Positions 29,582 through 39,384 of a stretch of 64,000 bases of DNA are shown piece by piece (within the stretch, counting starts at the first letter, position 1; the number at the start of each line of letters is the position of its first letter). The position numbers and the translations under genes are program-made. The stretch is from assembly GCA_965216945.1 (NCBI GenBank), contig CBDCGU010000003.1:309319-373318 (forward strand), given 5' to 3'. The notes under the pieces were generated by a model that saw nothing but the letters and a program-made list of their open reading frames with translations, did no database searches and was not told the origin of the DNA. Source of the DNA: Acidimicrobiia bacterium (GTDB lineage Bacteria > Actinomycetota > Acidimicrobiia > Spongiisociales > UBA5794).

Positions 29582-30332
29582 GGTCGTGCGTCCCTTTTCT
29601 GGATGCGGTACGCCAGATCCTTGGCGTGTACCAGGCGATGGCAACGCAGGCCGCACCCAACAGCGCCCCGGCCGTGACGTCGGTGACGAAGTGCATACCG
29701 CGATACATCCGGGAGACGGCCACGATGACCGAGAGCACAGTGGCGAGGGCGAACGCAAGGCGGCTCCACGTGTTGGACTTGGCATGAACATGAATCACGA
29801 GGGCGAGGGTGAAGTACAGGGCAACGGCTGCGGCCGTGTGGCCCGACGGAAAGCTCGACGTGGGCGGAGAGGGGTCGAGTTGCTCGACGGGCGGCCGGTC
29901 GCGACCGACGATCCACGCGATGGTCGAGAAGGTCGTCGCCTCGAGCAGGAGAGCCGCGAACATGAGCGTCACCTCCTCCCATCGTCGCCACAAAGCCACC
30001 ATCACGGCGGCGGCGAGGAGTGCGACGATCACCACGGTCACGGTATCCGAGAGGGCCGAGCCGAGATCGCTGAGAGTGTCGAGCGTCGGTGTTCGCTGGG
30101 CTTCCCACCATTCGGCGACCCCAACCTCCCATGAGCCGAGCTGAGAGTCGGCGAACCAAGTGGTGACGCCTGAACCGACGATGGCGCCGATCCCGACCAG
30201 CGCCGCGAACGCCACGAGCAGAGCGCTGATCGCATCCCACGCCATACGTTCTGCGCGAGGAGTCAGCCGGGGCACGCCGGTCTCTGCGACGATCGTCCGC
30301 GGTCCTTCGACCTGGCGGGTCGTGTGGGTCAT
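29568..30332 (-). CDS. PAP2 family phosphatase
   Basis: GRDRPP, SFPSGH, SRMYRGMHFVTDV. Confidence 0.9.
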   Translation of the reverse strand: MTHTTRQVEGPRTIVAETGVPRLTPRAERMAWDAISALLVAFAALVGIGAIVGSGVTTWFADSQLGSWEVGVAEWWEAQRTPTLDTLSDLGSALSDTVTVVIVALLAAAVMVALWRRWEEVTLMFAALLLEATTFSTIAWIVGRDRPPVEQLDPSPPTSSFPSGHTAAAVALYFTLALVIHVHAKSNTWSRLAFALATVLSVIVAVSRMYRGMHFVTDVTAGALLGAACVAIAWYTPRIWRTASRKGTHDHESV

Positions 30333-31198
30333 CGCGCGGCGCCGCTGCTCGAACTGGCGAGAGCGTTGTCCGGCGTGGTCCCGGAGCCACGGAGACGCCG
30401 GCCAAACCCGAGGTAGCACACGATGAACCAGCCCCAGCCCACGGCGAGGCCGGCCAGCACATCGGTCAACCAGTGAACTCCGAGCAATGCGCGTGTCGCC
30501 CCCACGGACACAGCAATGAACACCGCCCCGGCCGCATAGAGGGCACGGAGCCAGCTGGGCGATCCTATGGAGAGAACGACGGCGATCGCCGCCCAGATGG
30601 CAGCTGCCGCAGCGGAATGGCCAGAAGGGAACGATGATCCTGCCCACGGGGCCAGCTGGAGAACGTCGGGGCGCTCTCGCATCACGAGCCATTTCAGTCC
30701 ATTGTTCAGCAAGCTCTGGCCGATCACCACCGAGGCCATGAACCACAAGATGGCGGGCTTGCGGTGACGCCACCACGCAAAGGCGGCGGCAACGACTGCT
30801 GCCGCCACGGCCACGACCGTGCCCCCCAGCTCCGTGACCAGGAGGAGAAGGTCGGATCGTCCTTGCATTCGCTCCGAGGCGCCGAACTCCGCAATCGCCT
30901 CGTCCCACTCGGCGAAGATTCCATCGGCGTCGATTGCATCGAGGAGGACCCCGGCGACCAGAGCCGCACCGAAGATGGCGGTGAGACCGATCGTCACAGC
31001 CAGGCCGGTGCCGGAGGCTCTATCGAGCCGCCGTGCTACGAAGCGACCCCATCGAGACTTCGGCGCGCCGGCACCGGACGGTGCCTGGGCTGCCTCCTCG
31101 AGCTTTGCGATGGGGCCGGAACCCACGAAGAACACCACGGCAGCAACGGCCCCCGCAGCGCCAACGCCGACGATGATCAGCGGGATCACGACGAGCAC
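30329..31198 (-). CDS. PAP2 family phosphatase (second copy); start uncertain
   Basis: KWLVMRERP, SFPSGH, TRALLGVHWLTDV. Confidence 0.85.
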   Translation of the reverse strand: MLVVIPLIIVGVGAAGAVAAVVFFVGSGPIAKLEEAAQAPSGAGAPKSRWGRFVARRLDRASGTGLAVTIGLTAIFGAALVAGVLLDAIDADGIFAEWDEAIAEFGASERMQGRSDLLLLVTELGGTVVAVAAAVVAAAFAWWRHRKPAILWFMASVVIGQSLLNNGLKWLVMRERPDVLQLAPWAGSSFPSGHSAAAAAIWAAIAVVLSIGSPSWLRALYAAGAVFIAVSVGATRALLGVHWLTDVLAGLAVGWGWFIVCYLGFGRRLRGSGTTPDNALASSSSGAAR

Positions 31199-31473
31199 TC
31201 GGCAGGCATGCGGAGGAGGCGCGGCTCTCGGTGGGCTTCCGCTGTCGGTGCGAATCTGCTGGACCCACTGTCGGAAACGGAACCACCGTGTGAAGCGGGA
31301 CCGTCGGGTGCTCCGCCGGTACCAGGCAGGAGCGCGCGCAACGCGATGAACAGCGCTGCGACGAGCACCACGGCTGAGGCCTCGAGGAGGAGATTCGTGA
31401 TCCCCTCGTCGACGTGCCACCTCAGGTTGGCTGCTACCGCGGCCACGAAGACGACTGCTCCCGCTGCTCTCAC
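31186..31473 (-). CDS. Small hypothetical membrane protein
   Basis: 95 aa with two hydrophobic segments; GGAGGAGG upstream of the GTG. Confidence 0.4.
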   Translation of the reverse strand: MRAAGAVVFVAAVAANLRWHVDEGITNLLLEASAVVLVAALFIALRALLPGTGGAPDGPASHGGSVSDSGSSRFAPTAEAHREPRLLRMPAECSS

Positions 31474-31655
31474 CGCTTTTCGCCCCCCTCCTCCGAGAAG
31501 ATGCTCTGCCGTATGTGTCCGTTCCTTCCTCTACCCAGTGGCTAGCGGCTCTACACCTGGAAATATCGAGAATCTGGCCTCGGCAATCAGCTCGAGGAAC
31601 CCGCACGGAGGTGGCGACCCGAGCCGGAGCAGAGAGATCGGTTCGGGAGATCATG

Positions 31656-33035
31656 TCACGGAGACAGTCCCAGCCACAGTTCGGAGAACGTGGGGAACTG
31701 CGGGACGAGGTGGCGGAAGTCATCGACGGGAATACGGCTCAGGATCGCGATCTGGGCGCCCACCAGCATCTCCGCCAGTGACGAAGGACCCGTGAACGTA
31801 GCGCCGACCAGCACCCGCCGGTCGCGATCGATGATGAAGCGAGCTTCCCCGTGGACGTCTTCGCCCCACAGCTTGGCCTCGGCCTGCGACCCCACAGAGA
31901 TGTCACGAGCCTCGGCATCGATGCCCGCCTCTCTCGCCCTGTCCAGGGTGTAGCCGGCTGCGGCGATCAGCGGATCGGTGAACACGACACGTGGCACCCC
32001 CGAGCGACCCCGGTCGACGGTGACCGACTCCCCGAGGATGACATCGGCTGCAATGCGCGCCTCGTACTTCCCGGCGTGGGTCAACAGATCCTCTCCGTTG
32101 ACATCTCCCACCGCATAGAGCCACTCGGGATGAGCGGCGGTGCGCAACGACTCGTCGACATCGAGCCACTCACCGGGCTCCATTCCGACTCGTTCGAGGC
32201 CGATGTCGTGAGTTGCGGGGTCCCTCCCCACTGCGGACACGACGACCGCCACCTCATGTCTCGAACCGTCTCCCAGCCGGAGCAGGATGGTCCCCGCATC
32301 GCCCCTGCTGAGGTGAGTGACCTGCGCCCGGGTCAGCACCTGGATGCCCTCATCGACAAATCGCTCTGCCAGCGCCTCGCCGGCGAACTCCTCCTCGCCA
32401 TGGAGCAGACGCTCCTCGCTCTCCACGACGATGACCCGCCCGGCGCCGAGTCTCTTCCACGCCTGCGCCGTCTCGACGCCGGCTGCGCCTCCACCCATCA
32501 CAAGCATGCTCTCGGGCGCTCGGTCGGCGGCCATGGCCGTCCGGTTGTCCCACAGCGAGACGTCGGTGGCCCCCTCGACATCGGGCACCGCCGCCCGGGT
32601 CCCGGTTGCGACGATCACCGCTCGCTCGGCGGTGAGAAGCACCCGCTCACCGTCATCCCGTGCCACGCTGACGGTTCGCTCGCCTTCGAGTCGCCCGTGA
32701 CCCCTGATGAGGCTGACATCGTGTCCATCGAGCCACGCCACCTGACCCTCGTCCTCCCAATGGGAGGCGAGCTCGTCGCGACGGCGGAGTACCTCGGAGA
32801 GTTCCACCTCGCCCGATACCGCTTGGCGTGCCCCAGGAACACGCCGAACCTCTGCGAGCACCCGGCCGGGTCTCAGCAGCGCCTTTGCGGGCATGCACGC
32901 CCAATACGAGCACTCGCCGCCGACGAGCTCCCTCTCGACCAGAGCCACGGACAAGCCTCCGTCGGAGAGGCGTCCCGCCGCCACCTCGCCGGCGGCGCCG
33001 CCACCGAGCACGACGACATCAAAGACCTGGTCCAC
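31656..33035 (-). CDS. Pyridine nucleotide-disulfide oxidoreductase (Lpd-like)
   Basis: GGGAAG FAD fold, GGECSYWACMPAKAL redox disulfide, YAVGDV, PRVVFTDP. Confidence 0.9.
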   Translation of the reverse strand: MDQVFDVVVLGGGAAGEVAAGRLSDGGLSVALVERELVGGECSYWACMPAKALLRPGRVLAEVRRVPGARQAVSGEVELSEVLRRRDELASHWEDEGQVAWLDGHDVSLIRGHGRLEGERTVSVARDDGERVLLTAERAVIVATGTRAAVPDVEGATDVSLWDNRTAMAADRAPESMLVMGGGAAGVETAQAWKRLGAGRVIVVESEERLLHGEEEFAGEALAERFVDEGIQVLTRAQVTHLSRGDAGTILLRLGDGSRHEVAVVVSAVGRDPATHDIGLERVGMEPGEWLDVDESLRTAAHPEWLYAVGDVNGEDLLTHAGKYEARIAADVILGESVTVDRGRSGVPRVVFTDPLIAAAGYTLDRAREAGIDAEARDISVGSQAEAKLWGEDVHGEARFIIDRDRRVLVGATFTGPSSLAEMLVGAQIAILSRIPVDDFRHLVPQFPTFSELWLGLSP

Positions 33036-33184
33036 AGTGCATCACTCCCGTCCGCATCGGCTTGTCGGTTCGACTACCCCAGTCGGGCCAGGTCAAACCT
33101 CCTCCCAGGTCACTGAGACGGGTGAGGACGTTTACCGACGGTGAAGCTCGGGTAGACGCCCTGTGTACGAGCCAAGGAGGTTCA

Positions 33185-33895
33185 ATGACACAGAGCACGC
33201 TCAAGAAGACGGGGTATGCGGCGATTGGAGTACCCGTCCATCTCGCCTCCCAGGCACGAGAACGACTGATCGACCTGCGCCAATCGTTCGACGACATGCG
33301 CGAGCGCCTCTCAGCGGACGCCCAGGATGCACTGGACTCGTGGATCAAGGAGGGCGAACAGCTGCTCACATCGCTCACCGACCGGGCCGCCGGGCGTCGC
33401 GAGGACATGGAGGACTCGCTTCGCAGCGGTGTCGAAACCGCACGCAGCAGTGTGGCGACGGCACGCGATGTCGGCCGGGGCGTTGCCGCCACCCTCACGG
33501 AGCCGATCGTGCCCGTCGACATGATCAACGGAGTGGGCCCGAGCTACGCCGAGAAGCTGGGAGACGCCGGCGTGATCTCCACTCGCGCGCTGGTCGAACG
33601 CTGCGCCACGAAGGACGCCACCGAGCGCCTCGCCGCCCAGACCGGCATCGCCGCAACGCTGCTCGAGGGATGGGTCTCTGCGACGGACCTCAGCCGCATC
33701 AAAGGCATCGGAGAGGACTACATGTCGTTGCTCAACCGCGCCGGAGTGGCCACCGTCGAGTCGCTCGCAGAGGAGGACGCAGACGGTCTCGAGCGACGCA
33801 TCACCGAACTCAACGACGAGTTGGGCCTGGTGGCGAGCCTCCCCTCGACCCGCACGCTGAAGGATTGGATCGGACAAGCCCGCAAGCTCCCCTGA
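33185..33895 (+). CDS. DUF4332-like tandem helix-hairpin-helix protein with helical N-terminus
   Basis: AGGAGG RBS; INGVGPSYAEKLGDAGV and DLSRIKGIGEDYMSLLNRAGVATVESLA. Confidence 0.82.
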   Translation: MTQSTLKKTGYAAIGVPVHLASQARERLIDLRQSFDDMRERLSADAQDALDSWIKEGEQLLTSLTDRAAGRREDMEDSLRSGVETARSSVATARDVGRGVAATLTEPIVPVDMINGVGPSYAEKLGDAGVISTRALVERCATKDATERLAAQTGIAATLLEGWVSATDLSRIKGIGEDYMSLLNRAGVATVESLAEEDADGLERRITELNDELGLVASLPSTRTLKDWIGQARKLP

Positions 33896-33990
33896 GCAAC
33901 TCCCGGCGAACCGGCCCGACCGACGGAACCGGCGGCCCGAACCTCCCCTCAGCCCCTCGGAGCCCTCGGTGGGTGAGCCGGTGAGCCAAC

Positions 33991-34025
33991 GAAGCGTCCG
34001 CCCAGCCAGGATGGGCGGGCGCTTC
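33991..34025 (+). terminator. Probable intrinsic terminator
   Basis: gaagcgtccgccca-gccagga-tgggcgggcgcttc followed by ttcgt. Confidence 0.55.
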
Positions 34026-34161
34026 TTCGTCCCGGGACTCCAGGAACGGGTCCGGATCGCCGCTCCAGCGGGCCCCGCGCGATCGGCTCGTCGCTCTGGC
34101 GCTTCCGCCATGACCTGCGTACCCTCTCTCGTCGCGCCCCATCGAGCTTCGGAGCGAGAGA

Positions 34162-35682
34162 TTGACCCACGGCATCCCGGCACGGGTTTTCGAATCCGTC
34201 GTCGAGGCTCAAGGTATAGCCACTTCCATCACCGATGCCGCGCTGGATGGCGACGGTCCCCGGATCGTGTTCGTGAACGACGCTTTCACCAGGCTCACCG
34301 GGTACGGGCGTGAGGAGCTGGTGGGTAGGTCACATCGGATCCTCCAGGGACCGTTGACCGATCGCTCCGCAGCAGCCAAGATGCAGCGCCGCCTGGAAGA
34401 CGGCGGGCACTTCGTGACCGAGTCGATCAACTATCGATCCGACGGCACCCCCTTCGTCATGCGGTGGTCGATCTCCCCGGTTGGAGACATCGGTTTGTCC
34501 GGGAGCACCCAGTATTTCGTCGCTGCACACAACGACGTGACGGGGCTGCGCCTGCTGGAGCGTTACCGTACCGCTGACCGCCAGATCGCCAAGACGGCCA
34601 TCGCCCTCGCCGCCGACCAAGCACTCGAGGCCGTCGCCGTCATCGTCACCAAGCAGATCCACGACATCATCGAACGGATGCTCTACGTCGGCAGGGCGTG
34701 CGTCGTCGCGCAGGTGGCCGGACAGTGGATCACCGGACCCGACGTTGCCGCCGCAGAACGGCTCCGGCTGGCCGAACTCGTCGAGAGCACGGCGGTTCCG
34801 ATGGCGTTCACGTCCGGGCGGGAACAGTGTCTCGTTGCCCCGCTCGAGGGTTCGCGGATTCCGGGCGCCATCGTCGTGGACGAGATCGGCAGCGCCGAGA
34901 TGAACCTCGTGTCCCTCGATCATCTCGCAGATCTCGCCGCCACCACCGCGCGCGGCCTCAGCGCCCTCGATATGATGGCGAACCGGAGACGCGAGGCGCT
35001 CGCCGTGCAACGCGTCCTCTTGCCCACCGAGCAATACGACATCGACGGATTCCGCATCTTTGCTCACTACTCACCGAGCCGCCGCAGCGAGGAGGCTGGA
35101 GGAGACTGGTACGACGTCGTAGAGGTGGAAAACTCGATACGGGCGGTGATCGGTGATGTCGTTGGCAAGGGAATGCTGGCCGCCGCAGAGATGGGATTGA
35201 TTCGTGCTCACATGAACGCCCTCCTCAGCTCCGAAGCCTCCCTCGAGGCTGTCATCGCCGAGACCGACAGCTTTTGCAGGTCGGAGTCCATCGTGGCGAC
35301 AACGGCGATTGCGGACATCGACCGCCACTCCGGCGAGTTTCACATCGTGGCTGCCGGCCATCCTCCTCCGGTGCTCGTGTGCAACGATTCGGCGAGATTC
35401 ATCGAGTTGTCACCCGTGCCGCCACTCGGAGCGTTCGCCGAGCCAGCACCCGCTCCTGCGGTGACTACCGGCACATTGGCGGAGCACGCGATCGTGCTCT
35501 ACACCGACGGTCTCCTCAACGAGCGTCGCGACGGACTCGACAAGGGGCTCGAGGGTCTCCTCGCGACATACGCGGCGTGTGGCAACTCGCTGGAGGACGT
35601 CGCGCAGGCGACAGTCGACGCGACCAATACGAGCCGTGACGACGACGTCGCGGCGCTCGTCCTCACGCTGACTTCCACCTGA
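34162..35682 (+). CDS. PAS (LOV-like) domain plus SpoIIE/PP2C phosphatase
   Basis: FVNDAFTRLTGY..NYRSDG PAS; GGDWYD, GDVVGKG, AGHPPP, YTDGL, DDVA phosphatase motifs. Confidence 0.9.
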   Translation: MTHGIPARVFESVVEAQGIATSITDAALDGDGPRIVFVNDAFTRLTGYGREELVGRSHRILQGPLTDRSAAAKMQRRLEDGGHFVTESINYRSDGTPFVMRWSISPVGDIGLSGSTQYFVAAHNDVTGLRLLERYRTADRQIAKTAIALAADQALEAVAVIVTKQIHDIIERMLYVGRACVVAQVAGQWITGPDVAAAERLRLAELVESTAVPMAFTSGREQCLVAPLEGSRIPGAIVVDEIGSAEMNLVSLDHLADLAATTARGLSALDMMANRRREALAVQRVLLPTEQYDIDGFRIFAHYSPSRRSEEAGGDWYDVVEVENSIRAVIGDVVGKGMLAAAEMGLIRAHMNALLSSEASLEAVIAETDSFCRSESIVATTAIADIDRHSGEFHIVAAGHPPPVLVCNDSARFIELSPVPPLGAFAEPAPAPAVTTGTLAEHAIVLYTDGLLNERRDGLDKGLEGLLATYAACGNSLEDVAQATVDATNTSRDDDVAALVLTLTST

Positions 35683-35764
35683 GGCCTGCGTCAGGCCGGA
35701 TTGCGCGGCCCGGCCGGACGGGTGCGCCCGTTACGCTACGCACCGGACCAGCCGAAGGAGCAAC

Positions 35765-36988
35765 ATGGCACACCGGATCGACGCCGACCTCTTGATTCCG
35801 GGTAGAGGCGAGCCCGTTCCCAACGGCTCGGTGGTGCTCGAGGGCGGAGGCATCACCTATTCCGGGCCCTCCGCTGGTGCCCCGTCCGTCGACGGATCCA
35901 CGACCGAGGTCGCCACCGTCATGCCCGGGCTGTGGGAGTGCCACGGACATTTCACCGGCATCATTCGCGCCGACCTGGAGGACGAGGCGAAGGAGCCGGT
36001 GGCCGTGAAAGCCGCCCGTGCCCTGAAGTACGTGCAGGCAACCCTCGACGCCGGTTTCACGTCCGTCCGCGAGGTCGGCGGCCTTGGCATCTATATCGAC
36101 CGGGCCATCAGCGAGGGCCACGCCCGCGGTCCCAAGATCTATGGCGCCGGTTCCATCCTGTCGACCACCGGTGGCCATGCCGACGTGCACGGCCTGCCCC
36201 TCGAATGGATGGACCGCATCCACGACACAGAGGGGTTCGCCGTGCTGTGCGACGGCGTCCCTGAGTGCCTGAAGGCGGTGCGGAGGCAACTCCGCAAGGG
36301 CGCCCGGGTCATCAAGGTGTGCGCCTCGGGCGGCGTTGCCAGCGAGCTCGACCATCCCATCCACCAGCAGTTCTCGGACGAGGAGTTGCGCGCCATCGTG
36401 GAGGAGGCGGGACGAGCCGAGCGGGCCGTCGCCGCTCATTGCCACGGCAAACCCGGGATCATGGCGGCGCTGCGGGCCGGGGTGAAGACGATCGAGCACG
36501 GCAGCTACCTCGACGAGGAGGCCGCCGAGGCGATGAAGGAATCCGACGCCGTGCTCGTCCCGACGCGATTCATCATCCACGACCTCCTCGGAATGGAAGC
36601 GGTGCTACCGCCCTACGTGTATCGCAAGGCGGTCGCCATCGCAGACCGGCACGAGCTCGCCATGAAGATCGCCGTGAGCGCCGGCGTGACCATCGCCACC
36701 GGCTCCGACATCTTCCTCTCCGGTCCGCAGTACGGGCAGAACAGCCGCGAGGTCCGCCATCTCATCGAGGCGGGCCTTACGCCGGTCGAAGCGGTGGAGG
36801 CGGCCACGGCAAACGGTCCCCTCACGCTGGGCCCGCAGGCACCCCAGTCGGGCTGGCTCCACGAGGGTTACGACGCCGACGTCATCGCGCTCGACGGTGA
36901 CCCATTGACCGATCTCGACATGTGGGGCGATGCGACTCGGGTCACCCACGTATGGAAAGCGGGAGAGCTGGTGAAGTCGCCCTCCTGA
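35765..36988 (+). CDS. Metal-dependent amidohydrolase (prolidase-like subgroup)
   Basis: PGLWECHGH, GFTSVRE, IKVCASGG, AHCHG, IEHG, GSD. Confidence 0.9.
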   Translation: MAHRIDADLLIPGRGEPVPNGSVVLEGGGITYSGPSAGAPSVDGSTTEVATVMPGLWECHGHFTGIIRADLEDEAKEPVAVKAARALKYVQATLDAGFTSVREVGGLGIYIDRAISEGHARGPKIYGAGSILSTTGGHADVHGLPLEWMDRIHDTEGFAVLCDGVPECLKAVRRQLRKGARVIKVCASGGVASELDHPIHQQFSDEELRAIVEEAGRAERAVAAHCHGKPGIMAALRAGVKTIEHGSYLDEEAAEAMKESDAVLVPTRFIIHDLLGMEAVLPPYVYRKAVAIADRHELAMKIAVSAGVTIATGSDIFLSGPQYGQNSREVRHLIEAGLTPVEAVEAATANGPLTLGPQAPQSGWLHEGYDADVIALDGDPLTDLDMWGDATRVTHVWKAGELVKSPS

Positions 36989-37118
36989 GTTGATGGTCGG
37001 CGACGAAGACCGCACACGGACACTTGCCAACCTGCGCCGAGTGTTGGCCCCGGTGCGGCAATCCGAGTGACACCCGCGGCGGTGCCGTTTAGCCTGCGCC
37101 GGCTCGGCACGGAGGGGC

Positions 37119-37994
37119 ATGCACGACGGCGAGTTCTTCATCGACGATGCCCTCGTGCGGCATCTCGTCGACACGCAGTTTCCCCAGTGGTCCAGTCTGT
37201 CGATGGCCCGTGTGGCGTCGTCGGGAACGGTGCACACCATCCACCGCCTGGGCAGCACGATGGCGGTGAGGCTTCCGCGCCACCCCAGGTTCACGGCTGC
37301 GCTGGAACGTGAGGCAGCGGTCCTCCCCCGGCTTGCAGCACTGCTGCCGCTGCCCATTCCCGAGGTGATCGCCGTCGGCGAGCCAACGAACCGCTTCCCA
37401 TCGACGTGGGCGATTCTCAGATGGATCGACGGGGCCACGGCCGCCACCACCGACTTCTCCAACCCCGTCGCGGCCGCCGCTCGCCTCGCCGAGTTCGTTG
37501 GAGCGATGCAGGCCATCGATCTTCCCGGAGAGACTTCACCGAACCGGCGAGGCGGCCACCTCGCCGCAGCCGACGCGTGGACCCGCCAGTCAATCGATGC
37601 CGTTGCAGACGAGTTCGACCGCGCCACGCTGGTCGGCATCTGGGAGTCGGCACTGGAGGCGCGGCCGTGGGACGGCTCGGCGGCCTGGATCCACGGGGAC
37701 CTCATGCCGGGAAACCTCATCGTCTCCGGCGGCGAGCTGTCTGCGGTCATCGACTTCGGCGAATGCGCCATCGGCAACCCGACCGTCGACCTGATCGCCG
37801 GGTGGTGGGTGTTCGACAGAAGCGGCAGGAACAGGTTCAGGGAGGCTGCCGGGGCCGACCGAGACGCATGGTCCCGGGCGAGGGGCTGGGCCCTGTCGGG
37901 AGCGGTCGGGGCGCTTGCGTATTACCGGCGCACGAATCGCAGCTTCGCCGCCATGGCGAGACGGACGCTGCGCGAGGTCACGGAAGACGTCTGA
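37119..37994 (+). CDS. Aminoglycoside phosphotransferase (APH)-family kinase
   Basis: HGDLMPGN, VIDFG, QFPQW, RARGWAL. Confidence 0.88.
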   Translation: MHDGEFFIDDALVRHLVDTQFPQWSSLSMARVASSGTVHTIHRLGSTMAVRLPRHPRFTAALEREAAVLPRLAALLPLPIPEVIAVGEPTNRFPSTWAILRWIDGATAATTDFSNPVAAAARLAEFVGAMQAIDLPGETSPNRRGGHLAAADAWTRQSIDAVADEFDRATLVGIWESALEARPWDGSAAWIHGDLMPGNLIVSGGELSAVIDFGECAIGNPTVDLIAGWWVFDRSGRNRFREAAGADRDAWSRARGWALSGAVGALAYYRRTNRSFAAMARRTLREVTEDV

Positions 37995-38009
37995 ACTGCC
38001 GGCCTCCGG

Positions 38010-39341
38010 TCACTGTGCCGGGTTGGTCACCTGGCCGAGGAACAGCATCTCGCCGGTCGACGAATGTTCGATCCAGAAGAGGAACGGACGGTCCGCCGTG
38101 AACGTCGCCGGCTCGAAGGCAGACTCGAGACTGACGATGAGCGCCGTCGCCGCTGCCGCCTCGGTGCCCTCCTCGTCGAGGGCGATGAAGGTCTTGTGGA
38201 ACGCATCGGATACGTAGAGCTCACGCACGTCCGTGATGCCCGTGAAGTCTGCACCGTCGCCTACCGGAGCTTCGAACGCCTTGCGCATGCCGAGCTCCTG
38301 GAGCGCCGCCGCCAAACCGATCTCAGCTTCGAACTCGAACGACGGGAGGGTGATGTCCACGGCGCGCTCAGCCCATGGGATGGCGAGATCGGCGGGTGCA
38401 AGCGCCGCAGCCAGATCGGCCGGCGAGCCCTCCTTGGGCAGGAGCACCACCATCGCGGCGTCACCGGCGTAGGGCAGCCGCACCGCCTCGAACAACGCCG
38501 TGTCGGCATAGCCGGTGCGGAGGTTGCCCCGCATGAGCGGCACCTCCAACGGGGTGCCATCGAGAAGCTCGAACGGGCCCACGACCGTGGCCTCGGGTTC
38601 GAATGGCTCGAACCAGTTGGCGTTGAACCAGATGGCGTTGACGAGCGACAGCGTGGTGTCGACGGTGATCGCTCCCTCGGGAACGAGATTCTGAATCCGA
38701 TCCTCGGTTGCCCCCTCGACCCAATCATTGATCAGCTCCCGGGAGCCCTCGGGATCCCCCGCATAGTCGACGACTCGGAGCCCCGCCCCATAGTTCTCCG
38801 CGAGCGTCCGCAGATATTCATCGGTGAACGGGTAGCCCCCCTGGCCCCATGCGGAGTTGGCGGGACGGATCGTGAAAGGCTGGCGCGTGTCGTCCTCACT
38901 GCCGGGTGGGGACGGCGCGGCCAGCGCATTGTCGAGATGGTTCCGCACGGCGTGCAACGTGTCGTCGTCGACGCCGAGGTGGAGGACGTCGGCGATCTCG
39001 TCCGCCGTTGCCCCACGAGCCCCGGGATACAGCATCGAGAGCGCCGTTGCGATCGAATACGGGGACAGCATGAGATTGCCGTCGCCTGCGGTGACTCGCA
39101 ACAGGTCGAGTCCAAGAGCACTGTCACCTGCCACTACCGCCTCGATATCGGCGCCGCTCACGACCGGTGCGGTCCGCCCGGTCTCGAGGCCCACGACCTC
39201 GCCCGGAGTGAACGCAGCGACCTCCGAGCCCGGACCGTCCGCAGCCGTTGCCGTCGTGCCCTGAGGCGAATCTGACGTGCCGCATGCGGCGAGAACGATC
39301 GCCACAGCGACCAGCACCGTCCATGATCGAGCGAACCTCAT
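38010..39341 (-). CDS. Serpin family lipoprotein
   Basis: Lipobox LAAC, SPYSIATAL, INDWVE, NAIWF, EEGTEAAAAT hinge, ADRPFLF, LFLGQVTNP. Confidence 0.92.
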   Translation of the reverse strand: MRFARSWTVLVAVAIVLAACGTSDSPQGTTATAADGPGSEVAAFTPGEVVGLETGRTAPVVSGADIEAVVAGDSALGLDLLRVTAGDGNLMLSPYSIATALSMLYPGARGATADEIADVLHLGVDDDTLHAVRNHLDNALAAPSPPGSEDDTRQPFTIRPANSAWGQGGYPFTDEYLRTLAENYGAGLRVVDYAGDPEGSRELINDWVEGATEDRIQNLVPEGAITVDTTLSLVNAIWFNANWFEPFEPEATVVGPFELLDGTPLEVPLMRGNLRTGYADTALFEAVRLPYAGDAAMVVLLPKEGSPADLAAALAPADLAIPWAERAVDITLPSFEFEAEIGLAAALQELGMRKAFEAPVGDGADFTGITDVRELYVSDAFHKTFIALDEEGTEAAAATALIVSLESAFEPATFTADRPFLFWIEHSSTGEMLFLGQVTNPAQ

Positions 39342-39384
39342 GGACGTGTGACGCGCCCGACCGGGCGCGAGGTTCCCTGAGATC

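Noticed and set aside
37119-37994. APH-family kinase as an antibiotic resistance gene
   Set aside because: Widespread family of mostly unknown substrate; nothing in the sequence or context indicates resistance
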